NCBI RefSeq assembly: GCF_057098645.1
Contig: NZ_CM169472.1
Strand: one strand, 5' to 3'
DNA length: 64,000 nt
A program made the translations under genes and the position numbers. Under the pieces are notes generated by a model. That model did not search any database and had not been told where the DNA came from. It saw nothing but the letters and a program-made list of their open reading frames with translations. Of the stretch, positions 42,736 to 53,711 are shown in pieces; the stretch's first letter is position 1, and each line of letters opens with the position of its first letter.

Positions 42736-44226
42736 ATGAAATTGCACCATAGAATGCTCCGGCATTTTATCGCCGCAAGTGTCATTGTGCTGACATCTTC
42801 CTTCCTTATTTTTGAACTTGTCGCCAGCGACAGAGCAATGAGTGCCTATCTGCGCTATATCGTGCAGAAAGCAGACTCCTCCTTTCTTTATGATAAGTAT
42901 CAGAATCAGAGTATTGCCGCGCATGTGATGCGCGCTCTCGCTGCTGAGCAGTCGGAAGTGTCGCCAGAACAGCGGCGCGCCATCTGCGAGGCTTTTGAGT
43001 CTGCCAATAATACCCATGGCTTAAACCTGACTGCCCATAAATACCCGGGCTTACGCGGCACACTACAAACCGCATCCACTGACTGCGACACAATTGTGGA
43101 AGCTGCAGCACTATTACCCGCTTTTGATCAGGCAGTGGAAGGCAACCGCCACCAGGATGATTACGGTTCAGGTCTTGGGATGGCCGAAGAGAAATTTCAC
43201 TATTATCTCGATCTCAATGACCGCTATGTCTATTTTTATGAGCCGGTTAATGTTGAATACTTTGCGATGAATAACTGGTCCTTCCTGCAGTCAGGAAGTA
43301 TTGGCATCGATCGCAAAGATATTGAAAAGGTATTTACCGGGCGTACCGTATTGTCGAGCATTTACCAGGATCAGCGTACTAAACAGAACGTGATGAGTTT
43401 GCTGACGCCGGTGTATGTTGCAGGGCAGCTAAAAGGGATTGTGCTGCTGGATATTAACAAAAACAATCTGCGGAATATCTTTTACACTCATGACCGCCCT
43501 CTCCTCTGGCGTTTTCTCAATGTCACGCTAACCGATACAGATTCGGGGCGCGACATTATCATCAACCAGAGCGAAGATAATCTGTTCCAGTATGTCAGTT
43601 ACGTCCATGACTTACCGGGCGGCATTCGTGTCTCGTTATCCATTGATATTCTTTACTTTATCACGTCTTCGTGGAAAAGCGTTCTGTTCTGGATTTTGAC
43701 GGCGTTAATTTTGCTGAATATGGTGCGGATGCACTTCCGCTTATACCAAAATGTGTCGCGAGAAAATATTAGTGATGCGATGACTGGACTGTATAATCGC
43801 AAAATTTTAACCCCTGAACTGGAGCAGCGGTTGCAGAAACTGGTGCAATCCGGTTCTTCGGTGATGTTTATTGCAATTGACATGGACAAGTTAAAGCTAA
43901 TAAATGACACCCTCGGTCATCAGGAAGGGGATTTAGCGATTACGTTGTTAGCTCAGGCGATTAAACAGTCGATTCGTAAAAGTGATTATGCCATCCGACT
44001 CGGTGGCGATGAATTCTGCATCATTCTTGTCGATTCGACGCCGCAAATTGCATCACAACTGCCTGAACGTATCGAAAAACGTCTGCAACATATCGCGCCG
44101 CAGAAAGAGATCGGCTTCTCTTCCGGTATTTACGCGATGAAAGAAAACGATACGTTACATGATGCGTATAAAGCTTCCGATGAGCGTTTATATGTCAATA
44201 AGCAGAACAAAAACAGCCGTTCATGA
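42736..44226 (+). CDS. dgcJ: Membrane-anchored diguanylate cyclase
   Basis: 496 aa from ATG 42736 (MKLHHRMLRHF...); intact GGDEF at codons 44002-44016. Confidence 0.8.
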   Translation: MKLHHRMLRHFIAASVIVLTSSFLIFELVASDRAMSAYLRYIVQKADSSFLYDKYQNQSIAAHVMRALAAEQSEVSPEQRRAICEAFESANNTHGLNLTAHKYPGLRGTLQTASTDCDTIVEAAALLPAFDQAVEGNRHQDDYGSGLGMAEEKFHYYLDLNDRYVYFYEPVNVEYFAMNNWSFLQSGSIGIDRKDIEKVFTGRTVLSSIYQDQRTKQNVMSLLTPVYVAGQLKGIVLLDINKNNLRNIFYTHDRPLLWRFLNVTLTDTDSGRDIIINQSEDNLFQYVSYVHDLPGGIRVSLSIDILYFITSSWKSVLFWILTALILLNMVRMHFRLYQNVSRENISDAMTGLYNRKILTPELEQRLQKLVQSGSSVMFIAIDMDKLKLINDTLGHQEGDLAITLLAQAIKQSIRKSDYAIRLGGDEFCIILVDSTPQIASQLPERIEKRLQHIAPQKEIGFSSGIYAMKENDTLHDAYKASDERLYVNKQNKNSRS

Positions 44227-44268
44227 TAACCTTCTGTGGTTGTTTGCTTGTAATCTCAGGAGCATGAA

Positions 44269-44772
44269 ATGACTGAAATGGCTAAAGGAAGCGTGACGCA
44301 TCAGCGGTTAATCGCTTTATTATCACAAGAAGGTGCAGACTTCCGCGTCGTTACCCATGAAGCGGTAGGTAAATGTGAAGCGGTGTCAGAAATTCGTGGC
44401 ACCGCTTTAGGCCAGGGGGCTAAGGCACTGGTATGTAAAGTCAAAGGCAATGGCGTAAATCAACATGTTCTGGCGATCCTCGCTGCGGATCAACAGGCCG
44501 ATCTGAGCCAACTCGCCAGCCATATAGGCGGATTACGCGCTTCGTTGGCCAGCCCGGCGGAAGTCGATGAACTCACAGGCTGTGTCTTCGGCGCGATCCC
44601 CCCTTTCAGCTTCCATCCAAAACTCAAACTGGTTGCCGACCCCCTACTCTTCGAACGATTTGATGAAATCGCCTTCAATGCAGGCATGCTGGATAAATCC
44701 GTTATTTTGAAAACCGCGGATTATTTGCGCATTGCGCAACCAGAACTGATCAATTTCCGCCGCACTGCGTAA
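44269..44772 (+). CDS. yeaK: YbaK/ProX-type aminoacyl-tRNA deacylase family protein
   Basis: 167-aa ORF, family-level similarity. Confidence 0.8.
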   Translation: MTEMAKGSVTHQRLIALLSQEGADFRVVTHEAVGKCEAVSEIRGTALGQGAKALVCKVKGNGVNQHVLAILAADQQADLSQLASHIGGLRASLASPAEVDELTGCVFGAIPPFSFHPKLKLVADPLLFERFDEIAFNAGMLDKSVILKTADYLRIAQPELINFRRTA

Positions 44773-44877
44773 CTAGCCTGTCCGTTCAATAAGCAGAACG
44801 GACAAAACCAGCACAACAGCAATGGCAAAAAACGATGACGTGATAATCAGTGTCTCGACGAACATTTGATCGTTCAT
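44773..44877 (-). CDS. yoaI: Tiny inner-membrane protein (34 aa)
   Basis: Minus-strand ATG at 44875-44877 to stop 44773-44775 translates [34 protein letters not shown], a single TM helix; below the 60-aa cutoff of the ORF track. Confidence 0.5.
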   Translation of the reverse strand: MNDQMFVETLIITSSFFAIAVVLVLSVLLIERTG

Positions 44878-45046
44878 AGCATGCCCCCGGGAGATAGCTG
44901 TTTTCACGTTATTGTTAGCGTGCACAAATGGCAGTTTGATGACAGTTCGCCTGATTTTTTATGCAAAAAACGTAAAGATTTTCTACTTCCTTCCTGCAGC
45001 AAGCGTAAAGTAAGCAGGCTTATTATTTTTTGGCAAGGAAACCACG

Positions 45047-45493
45047 ATGTTTGATGTCACTTTGCTGATCCTGCTCGGGTTAGCTGCGCTGGGCTTTATC
45101 AGTCATAACACCACTGTCGCCGTTTCAATTCTGGTGTTGATCATTGTCCGCGTCACACCGTTAAGCACCTTTTTCCCGTGGATTGAAAAACAGGGGCTAA
45201 GTATCGGGATAATCATTCTGACGATTGGCGTTATGGCCCCCATCGCCAGCGGGACGCTACCGCCCTCAACCTTGATTCACTCGTTTCTGAACTGGAAATC
45301 GCTGGTGGCAATTGCAGTAGGCGTTATTGTCTCCTGGCTGGGTGGGCGCGGCGTGACGTTAATGGGCAGCCAGCCGCAACTGGTTGCTGGGCTGCTGGTG
45401 GGCACTGTTTTAGGCGTAGCGCTGTTTCGCGGCGTACCGGTTGGCCCGCTTATTGCCGCGGGTCTGGTTTCGCTGATTGTGGGGAAACAGTAG
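45047..45493 (+). CDS. yeaL: UPF0756 family inner membrane protein
   Basis: 148-aa hydrophobic ORF. Confidence 0.8.
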
Positions 45494-46271
45494 TTAATCC
45501 CGCAATATATCGGCCTGGCGTTTGCCCCAGGCCTTTCTTAAACATAGTAATAAAGGCCGTTGTTGAATCATACCCCAGCGTATGAGCAACTTTCTGTACA
45601 GTATCGCCTTTCACTAATCCCTGAAGCGCCATAATCAGCTGTAACTGCTGACGCCACTGGCGAAAACTCAACCCCGTCTCTTTTACTATCAGTCGGGCAA
45701 GATTGCGTTCACTCATCGCAAAAAAGCCAGCCCATTGCCCCAATGACCCCCACTCGACGGGCTCTTTCGCCATCATCTCCACCATCGTGCGGATTTTAGG
45801 ATGAGAAGAAACGGGCAAGTGCAGCTGTTGTTGTGGCTGCTGAGGGAGTTCATCAAACAGGACCTGAATTAATCTGCGGGTCATCGGCTCAGCACGCTGA
45901 GTCGTAGTCCTGTTTGCCAGGGTTAAAATCAATTCCCGGCATAAGGGCGATATTTTCAATGTGCAACATGTTGTCGGCATTGTCACTGCGCTGGGTTCGA
46001 TAAACAGAAAACAGAGTTCAGCGTTAGCTGTCACTTGATTGCTATGCTTCACCCCGCCCGGTATCCAAACCGCATATTGTGGCGGCACCATCCACAAAGC
46101 ATTTTCCACCGTACAGGTAATTGCACCATGTAATGCCAGTATCAGCTGTCCTTTGCGGTGCTGATGTACAGGACTGGTTAACTCATCCGTTCCGGCGTGA
46201 ATACAAAATGCGACCGCGGCTTCATGGTGTCGGTCGGGTTCATAGCCATTGAGATTCAACCTGTGCATCAT
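45450..46271 (-). CDS. nimR: AraC-family transcriptional regulator
   Basis: 273-aa ORF (yeaM) with C-terminal AraC HTH; divergent from MFS gene yeaN; 3' end overlaps yeaL by 44 nt. Confidence 0.8.
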
Positions 46272-46367
46272 TTTGTCCGAATATAGCGATAATTTGTCAT
46301 TTTAGCTTGATTCAACATAACAATAAAAACGGTAAGGTACAGCCTCGTTTGTAACAATGAGAAGCAT

Positions 46368-47549
46368 ATGACCTGTTCAACTTCATTAAGCGGCAAAAAC
46401 AGGATTGTCCTTATCGCTGGCATTCTGATGATTGCCACTACATTACGCGTCACCTTCACCGGCGCTGCACCGTTACTCGATACGATTCGTTCCGCTTACT
46501 CGCTGACGACTGCGCAAATCGGCTTATTGACCACCCTGCCATTATTGGCCTTTGCGCTAATCTCACCTTTGGCCGCCCCGGTGGCGCGACGTTTTGGTAT
46601 GGAACGTAGCCTGTTTGCCGCGTTACTTTTGATCTGTGCTGGTATCGCAATTCGCTCTCTCCCTTCGCCTTACTTATTATTTGGCGGTACAGCGGTCATT
46701 GGCGGTGGGATTGCATTAGGCAATGTCTTACTGCCAGGATTAATTAAACGCGATTTCCCTCATTCCGTCGCCAGACTTACCGGCGCATATTCCCTGACAA
46801 TGGGAGCTGCGGCGGCACTGGGATCGGCTATGGTAGTGCCGCTGGCTTTGAACGGTTTTGGCTGGCAAGGCGCGTTGCTCATGCTGATGTGTTTTCCTCT
46901 GCTGGCTCTTTTTTTATGGCTGCCACAGTGGCGAAGCCAACAACATGCAAATTTGAGTACTTCACGCGCCTTACATACTCGGGGTATCTGGCGTTCGCCG
47001 CTTGCCTGGCAGGTAACATTGTTTCTTGGGATCAACTCACTGGTCTATTACGTGATTATTGGCTGGCTTCCGGCGATCCTCATCAGTCACGGCTATAGCG
47101 AAGCACAGGCGGGTTCACTGCATGGTTTGCTGCAACTAGCCACAGCAGCTCCCGGTTTGCTGATCCCGCTTTTCTTACATCATGTGAAAGATCAGCGTGG
47201 TATTGCAGCGTTCGTTGCCTTGATGTGCGCAGTGGGCGCGGTTGGGCTCTGCTTTATGCCAGCGCACGCGATCACCTGGACTCTGCTTTTCGGTTTTGGT
47301 TCCGGCGCAACAATGATACTGGGGTTGACGTTCATTGGTCTTCGGGCAAGTTCTGCGCATCAGGCGGCGGCACTCTCGGGGATGGCACAATCCGTCGGGT
47401 ATTTGCTGGCAGCCTGTGGGCCGCCGCTGATGGGTAAAATACACGATGCTAACGGTAACTGGTCTGTACCACTGATGGGTGTTGCCATGCTTTCACTACT
47501 GATGGCGATTTTCGGACTTTGCGCCGGAAGAGACAAAGAAATTCGCTAA
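46368..47549 (+). CDS. nimT: MFS efflux transporter
   Basis: 393-aa 12-TM ORF (yeaN), divergent from the AraC regulator. Confidence 0.8.
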   Translation: MTCSTSLSGKNRIVLIAGILMIATTLRVTFTGAAPLLDTIRSAYSLTTAQIGLLTTLPLLAFALISPLAAPVARRFGMERSLFAALLLICAGIAIRSLPSPYLLFGGTAVIGGGIALGNVLLPGLIKRDFPHSVARLTGAYSLTMGAAAALGSAMVVPLALNGFGWQGALLMLMCFPLLALFLWLPQWRSQQHANLSTSRALHTRGIWRSPLAWQVTLFLGINSLVYYVIIGWLPAILISHGYSEAQAGSLHGLLQLATAAPGLLIPLFLHHVKDQRGIAAFVALMCAVGAVGLCFMPAHAITWTLLFGFGSGATMILGLTFIGLRASSAHQAAALSGMAQSVGYLLAACGPPLMGKIHDANGNWSVPLMGVAMLSLLMAIFGLCAGRDKEIR

Positions 47550-47603
47550 TATCCGGTGCTATAGTGACGTGACAAATCATGCGTGAAAGGGAGAACAAAC
47601 ACG

Positions 47604-47951
47604 ATGAATATTCAGTGCAAACGCGTTTATGATCCGGCAGAACAGAGCGATGGTTATCGCATACTGGTCGACCGCCTCTGGCCGCGCGGTATCAAAAAAA
47701 CCGATTTAGCCCTTGATGAGTGGGATAAAGAAATCACGCCGTCAACGGAACTGCGCAAAGCCTTTCACGGCGAAGTCGTCGATTTTGCAACCTTTCGCGA
47801 GCAATATCTTGCAGAACTGGCGCAACACGAGCAAGAAGGAAAGCGGCTGGCGGACATCGCCAAAAAACAGCCGCTGACCCTGCTCTACTCAGCAAAAAAC
47901 ACCACGCAGAACCATGCGCTGGTGCTGGCCGACTGGCTACGTAGCTTGTGA
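47604..47951 (+). CDS. yeaO: DUF488 family protein
   Basis: 115 aa from internal ATG (MNIQCKRVYDPAEQSDGYRI...). Confidence 0.75.
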   Translation: MNIQCKRVYDPAEQSDGYRILVDRLWPRGIKKTDLALDEWDKEITPSTELRKAFHGEVVDFATFREQYLAELAQHEQEGKRLADIAKKQPLTLLYSAKNTTQNHALVLADWLRSL

Positions 47952-47972
47952 TTTTAGTACAGCATCCGGCGG

Positions 47973-48227
47973 TTATTTTTCACCAGCCGGATGGTCCCGT
48001 CGCCACAATGCCCATTCATCAATCGTTTCACCGCCCGGTAATTTGCAATTGTTGCTGACCCCTTGCGCTGTCTGCACTGGAATGAGCGTCCCGCCCTTCT
48101 GCTGGCAATAGACCGACGCCGGATTTGCCATACCAATCTGCGGCGGTTTAGGTGCATCTGGCTGAGAAGGGGTTGAACAACCAGCCAGGACCAGCAAGCA
48201 AGGCAGAACAAAACTGATAATTTTCAT
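47973..48227 (-). CDS. yoaF: Putative lipoprotein (DUF333)
   Basis: 84-aa ORF with lipobox LAGC. Confidence 0.75.
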   Translation of the reverse strand: MKIISFVLPCLLVLAGCSTPSQPDAPKPPQIGMANPASVYCQQKGGTLIPVQTAQGVSNNCKLPGGETIDEWALWRRDHPAGEK

Positions 48228-48409
48228 TTATTGATCTCACATATTTATCCAAGCTTAGAGTATCGCGGTATCGTTTTGTTTTGCAGCACTATTTTTATTA
48301 CATTCACTCAAAACATATTACGTCTTGTTTCATCTTTGTTGATGATGTTTTATCATGCCTGCAAAGATTAAATAATCAGCACTTACCCGCCGTATCCTGG
48401 AGTTGTTCC

Positions 48410-49435
48410 GTGTCAGATCAGATTATCGCCCGCGTCTCGCAATCCCTTGCCAAAGAACAGTCACTGGAAAGTCTGGTCCGACAGCTTCTGGAGATGCTGG
48501 AAATGGTCACTGATATGGAATCAACCTACCTGACCAAAGTGGATGTCGAAGCGCGCCTGCAGCATATTATGTTTGCCCGTAACAGCCAGAAAATGCACAT
48601 CCCGGAGAATTTTACCGTCTCGTGGGATTACTCGTTATGCAAACGCGCCATTGATGAAAACTGCTTTTTCAGCGATGAAGTCCCTGACCGTTGGGGCGAC
48701 TGTATTGCGGCACGCAATCTTGGCATCACCACATTTCTGAGCACGCCAATTCACTTACCGGATGGATCATTCTATGGCACGCTTTGCGCCGCCAGCAGTG
48801 AGAAGCGCCAGTGGAGTGAACGCGCGGAACAGGTTTTACAGTTATTCGCCGGACTGATTGCACAATATATTCAAAAAGAGGCACTGGTTGAACAGCTGCG
48901 CGAAGCCAATGCTGCGCTGATTGCGCAATCGTATACCGACTCGTTAACCGGGCTACCGAATCGGCGGGCGATTTTTGAAAATCTGACGACGCTGTTTTCC
49001 CTCGCCCGGCATCTTAACCATAAGATAATGATCGCGTTTATCGATCTGGATAACTTCAAATTAATCAATGATCGTTTTGGTCATAATAGTGGCGATCTGT
49101 TTCTCATTCAGGTTGGCGAGCGCCTTAATACGCTCCAGCAAAATGGCGAAGTTATTGGTCGTCTCGGTGGTGATGAGTTTTTGGTTGTTTCACTAAACAA
49201 CGAGAATGCGGATATTTCGTCGCTGCGAGAACGTATTCAACAGCAAATACGTGGAGAATATCACTTAGGTGATGTTGATTTGTATTATCCCGGTGCCAGT
49301 CTTGGCATAGTAGAAGTCGATCCTGAAACGACCGATGCAGACAGTGCCCTGCATGCTGCCGATATCGCGATGTATCAGGAGAAAAAACACAAACAGAAAA
49401 CACCTTTTGTCGCGCATCCAGCGCTACATTCCTGA
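48410..49435 (+). CDS. dgcP: Diguanylate cyclase with N-terminal GAF-like sensor domain
   Basis: 341 aa from GTG 48410 (after GGAG); intact GGDEF at 49166-49180. Confidence 0.8.
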   Translation: MSDQIIARVSQSLAKEQSLESLVRQLLEMLEMVTDMESTYLTKVDVEARLQHIMFARNSQKMHIPENFTVSWDYSLCKRAIDENCFFSDEVPDRWGDCIAARNLGITTFLSTPIHLPDGSFYGTLCAASSEKRQWSERAEQVLQLFAGLIAQYIQKEALVEQLREANAALIAQSYTDSLTGLPNRRAIFENLTTLFSLARHLNHKIMIAFIDLDNFKLINDRFGHNSGDLFLIQVGERLNTLQQNGEVIGRLGGDEFLVVSLNNENADISSLRERIQQQIRGEYHLGDVDLYYPGASLGIVEVDPETTDADSALHAADIAMYQEKKHKQKTPFVAHPALHS

Positions 49436-49467
49436 GGCGTATTCACATCCTTTTGATTGGTGATAAC

Positions 49468-49566
49468 ATGCGAATCGGTATTATTTTTCCGGTTGTAATC
49501 TTCATTACAGCGGTCGTATTTTTAGCATGGTTTTTTATTGGCGGCTATGCTGCCCCGGGAGCATAA
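49468..49566 (+). CDS. yoaK: Tiny membrane protein (32 aa)
   Basis: ATG 49468 to TAA 49564-49566: MRIGIIFPVVIFITAVVFLAWFFIGGYAAPGA; single TM; below ORF-track cutoff. Confidence 0.45.
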   Translation: MRIGIIFPVVIFITAVVFLAWFFIGGYAAPGA

Positions 49567-49568
49567 AG

Positions 49569-49643
49569 ATGAAAAAAACAACGATTATTATGATGGGTGT
49601 GGCGATTATTGTCGTACTCGGCACTGAGCTGGGATGGTGGTAA
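49569..49643 (+). CDS. yoaJ: Tiny membrane protein (24 aa)
   Basis: ATG 49569 to TAA 49641-49643: MKKTTIIMMGVAIIVVLGTELGWW; starts 2 nt after yoaK. Confidence 0.45.
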   Translation: MKKTTIIMMGVAIIVVLGTELGWW

Positions 49644-49651
49644 CGTCACCT

Positions 49652-49688
49652 CTAAAAAATAGCAAAGGCTGCCTGTGTGCAGCCTTTG
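49652..49688. terminator. Bidirectional hairpin terminator between yoaJ (+) and yeaQ (-)
   Basis: CAAAGGCTGC-CTGTGTG-CAGCCTTTG stem-loop with an A-run on the plus strand (T-run for the minus-strand yeaQ transcript). Confidence 0.5.
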
Positions 49689-49701
49689 TGCAATTTAAGC
49701 G

Positions 49702-49950
49702 TTAACTTTTAATCTTCCTGTAGATAAATAGCACGACAATCGCACCAATAACGGCAACCACGAAGCTGCCAAAATTGAAGCCATCAACTTTACCAAAGCC
49801 AAACAGCGTGCTGATCCATCCGCCGACTACGGCACCGACTATCCCCAGCAGGATAGTCATAAAGAATCCACCACCATCTTTACCTGGCATGATCCACTTC
49901 GCCAGAATACCGGCAATAAGCCCAAAAATAATCCATGACAGAATGCCCAT
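49702..49950 (-). CDS. yeaQ: GlsB/YeaQ/YmgE family small membrane protein
   Basis: 82-aa ORF, Gly-rich TM helices (MGILSWIIFGLIAGILAKWIMPG...). Confidence 0.8.
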   Translation of the reverse strand: MGILSWIIFGLIAGILAKWIMPGKDGGGFFMTILLGIVGAVVGGWISTLFGFGKVDGFNFGSFVVAVIGAIVVLFIYRKIKS

Positions 49951-50097
49951 TGTTTCCTCACTTATCTGTTTTGCATTAGCGGGTTAGTCGCTGATAAAAA
50001 GCATAGCACAACATCGGGAGGGCAAGATTTGTGACGAGCATCACGGAGGATTTTTTTGCGATGGCGCAGAAATTGCGCCATCAACGATCAGTGATAA

Positions 50098-50280
50098 TTA
50101 CCAACCACAAACATCATGTTCGTTTTCCGTGTCATAAGAACGTACGGTATTCACCAGATCTTTTATCACTTCAGCCGCCTCTTCTGGCACCAGCAAAGTC
50201 ATCGGCGTCTCTGTTTCATAATCGACAGAAACGCCATTGCTGTTATTGGTGACGGTCACGGTATACGTTGCTTTGCTCAT
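50098..50280 (-). CDS. yoaG: DUF1869 small protein
   Basis: 60-aa ORF immediately downstream of yeaR on the same strand. Confidence 0.7.
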   Translation of the reverse strand: MSKATYTVTVTNNSNGVSVDYETETPMTLLVPEEAAEVIKDLVNTVRSYDTENEHDVCGW

Positions 50281-50283
50281 GAT

Positions 50284-50643
50284 TCATTTCCCGTTATGAA
50301 TGACTTTCCGTTGTTGCGCACCTTCCATCAGGACTTCAGGAGCCACGAAGAAGTCAATATTGAAATAAGTATCGTCAGTCATGGCTTCAATGTTGTGCCA
50401 CTTTTCTGGAGGGAACACCGCGAACTGCCCCGCTTCGATAAGGATCACCTGATCAGGCTCTGCACTGTGTTCATCAGCGTAGCCGAGATATTTGACCGCC
50501 CCATGCATAACGGAAAGGCGTGGGTAAACCCCCGGGCGCGTTCCTTTATCAAGATGACGTTCGAATATTCCGGCAGGCGCAGTTTGTTTATTCCAGAAAG
50601 GCGTTGAGCGCGTATGAATATAATTCTGTGGGATTTGCAGCAT
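50284..50643 (-). CDS. yeaR: DUF1971 family protein
   Basis: 119-aa ORF; first gene of the yeaR-yoaG pair. Confidence 0.8.
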   Translation of the reverse strand: MLQIPQNYIHTRSTPFWNKQTAPAGIFERHLDKGTRPGVYPRLSVMHGAVKYLGYADEHSAEPDQVILIEAGQFAVFPPEKWHNIEAMTDDTYFNIDFFVAPEVLMEGAQQRKVIHNGK

Positions 50644-50815
50644 CCTTTTCCCTCCTTCGGTGAATGCGCTGAAAACGGTTTATTCCAGCCGTTTCAGGGT
50701 ACGCCTGATAATTTGCATTTTAAATACCATTTATTGGTTACTTTTTAGCACCATATCAGAGAAGAATCAGGGAGGATTATAGATGGGAAGCCCGCGACAA
50801 CGCGGGCTGAAAGCA

Positions 50816-51523
<708 letters not shown>

Positions 51524-51580
51524 TTAGAAAGGAGAAAATCAGGTTTTAACCTGATATCAACCCGATAATTGAATCATTAA

Positions 51581-52504
51581 TCAGGCATGCTCCAGTGAAA
51601 AATTCGGGTAGTGCTCGGCAAAATACTGGCGTAAAAATTCTACCGTTATCCGCACTTTCGCTGACGTCGCCAGCCTTGAAACATAAACGGCCCAGACGTT
51701 CGCTGGCTGGTAATATTCCGGTAGCACTTGCACTAAATGACCACTGGCAATGTTTTCGCTAACATCCCACCAGGAACGCAAAGCAATCCCCTGCCCATCG
51801 AGACACCACTGATGGACAATTTCTCCATGATTAGACGACAGTGGGCCGGTGACTTTAATCGCATGGTGGCCTTCTTTATTGCGTAATTGCCAGACACCAA
51901 AAGGATGATCGCGCTCTTTAATGACCAGGCACGGCAATGCAGAAAGATCGGTTAAATGTTTCGGCGCGCCATGTTGCGCAATAAATTCCGGCGACGCGCA
52001 GAGAATGCGGTAATTGGTCGCCAGTTTGCGGGCGATTAAATTAGGGGCGATGTCATCGCCAATGCGAATATCGAGATCGACACCTTCATTGACCAAATCG
52101 ACCAGCCGGTCTTCCACATCAAAACGTAATTCCAGTTGCGGATACGCCTTCGCCAGCGCTGATAACGCCGGAGCCACCACCTGTCGTCCAAAACCAAAGC
52201 TGCTGATAATACGCAGCATCCCCTGTGGCACCTGACGCACGTCAGAAAGTTCGTCCATCATCTGACCGACATCCTGCAAAATCCGCTGCGCCCATTCATA
52301 AATCCGCTCTCCTTCTTCGGTAATGGTGACGCGGCGGGTGGTGCGGTGTAACAACACCACGTTTAGCGTTTGCTCCAGCAAGGCGATGCGCTTGCTGACG
52401 AACGCCGGTGAAACGCCCAGTTCTTCCGCCACGGCGGCAAAACCAGCCCGGCGAGCCACCAGCATAAAGACGCGCAAATCATTCAGCAGCGGTAAATTAT
52501 TCAT
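51581..52504 (-). CDS. dmlR: LysR-family transcriptional regulator
   Basis: 307 aa from internal ATG (MNNLPLLNDLRVFMLVARRAGFAAVAEELGVSPAFVS...); divergent from dmlA. Confidence 0.85.
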   Translation of the reverse strand: MNNLPLLNDLRVFMLVARRAGFAAVAEELGVSPAFVSKRIALLEQTLNVVLLHRTTRRVTITEEGERIYEWAQRILQDVGQMMDELSDVRQVPQGMLRIISSFGFGRQVVAPALSALAKAYPQLELRFDVEDRLVDLVNEGVDLDIRIGDDIAPNLIARKLATNYRILCASPEFIAQHGAPKHLTDLSALPCLVIKERDHPFGVWQLRNKEGHHAIKVTGPLSSNHGEIVHQWCLDGQGIALRSWWDVSENIASGHLVQVLPEYYQPANVWAVYVSRLATSAKVRITVEFLRQYFAEHYPNFSLEHA

Positions 52505-52609
52505 GATTCGTGTTTTATGTTTCACCAGTTACGGGGATTAATTCCTTTTCAGTCAATTATAGGATGGTGATGTTGTCAATTTTGATGGTCAGGAAGTGAG
52601 AACCCAATA

Positions 52610-53692
52610 ATGAAAACGATGCGTATTGCTGCGATCCCGGGAGACGGGATTGGCAAAGAAGTCCTTCCTGAAGGGATTCGCGTGTTACAGGCTGCCGCTG
52701 AGCGCTGGGGCTTCGCCTTGAGTTTTGAGCAAATGGAGTGGGCGAGCTGCGAGTATTACAGCCATCACGGTAAAATGATGCCGGACGACTGGCATGAGCA
52801 ACTTAGCCGTTTCGACGCCATCTATTTTGGTGCCGTCGGCTGGCCGGACACCGTTCCGGACCATATTTCGTTGTGGGGTTCGCTGCTGAAATTTCGTCGT
52901 GAATTCGACCAGTACGTCAACCTGCGCCCGGTTCGTCTCTTTCCTGGCGTTCCCTGCCCGCTGGCGGGAAAACAGCCTGGCGACATCGATTTTTACGTGG
53001 TCAGGGAAAACACCGAAGGCGAATATTCCTCGCTCGGCGGTAGAGTGAATGAAGGTACAGAGCATGAAGTCGTCATTCAGGAATCGGTATTTACGCGTCG
53101 TGGTGTCGATCGCATTTTGCGTTATGCCTTCGAACTTGCGCAAAGCCGCCCACGTAAGACGCTAACTTCTGCCACTAAATCAAACGGTTTAGCCATCAGC
53201 ATGCCGTACTGGGATGAGCGAGTGGAAGCAATGGCCGAGAATTACCCGGAGATCCGCTGGGACAAGCAGCATATTGATATTCTCTGCGCGCGTTTTGTGA
53301 TGCAGCCGGAACGCTTCGATGTGGTGGTGGCGTCCAATTTGTTTGGCGATATCCTTTCCGATCTTGGCCCGGCCTGCACCGGCACCATTGGCATTGCCCC
53401 ATCCGCCAACCTGAATCCGGAACGCACTTTCCCGTCGCTCTTCGAGCCTGTCCACGGTTCCGCGCCGGATATCTACGGGAAAAATATTGCTAACCCTATC
53501 GCCACAATTTGGGCCGGTGCAATGATGCTCGATTTTCTCGGCAATGGCGATGAGCGTTTCCAGCAAGCGCATAACGGTATTCTGGCAGCGATTGAAGAAG
53601 TGATTGCTCACGGGCCGAAAACACCGGATATGAAAGGCAGTGCCACCACGCCACAGGTTGCCGACGCGATTTGCAAAATTATTTTGCGTTAA
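52610..53692 (+). CDS. dmlA: D-malate / tartrate dehydrogenase (decarboxylating), isocitrate/isopropylmalate dehydrogenase family
   Basis: 360-aa ORF (MKTMRIAAIPGDGIGKEV...), family signature. Confidence 0.9.
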   Translation: MKTMRIAAIPGDGIGKEVLPEGIRVLQAAAERWGFALSFEQMEWASCEYYSHHGKMMPDDWHEQLSRFDAIYFGAVGWPDTVPDHISLWGSLLKFRREFDQYVNLRPVRLFPGVPCPLAGKQPGDIDFYVVRENTEGEYSSLGGRVNEGTEHEVVIQESVFTRRGVDRILRYAFELAQSRPRKTLTSATKSNGLAISMPYWDERVEAMAENYPEIRWDKQHIDILCARFVMQPERFDVVVASNLFGDILSDLGPACTGTIGIAPSANLNPERTFPSLFEPVHGSAPDIYGKNIANPIATIWAGAMMLDFLGNGDERFQQAHNGILAAIEEVIAHGPKTPDMKGSATTPQVADAICKIILR

Positions 53693-53711
53693 GGTCAAAC
53701 CAGTTTATTTG

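Noticed and set aside
44866-45054. 62-aa plus-strand ORF overlapping yoaI
   Set aside because: The opposite-strand 34-aa reading frame gives a clean single-TM micro-protein matching the known small protein; the plus-strand ORF is the likely artefact
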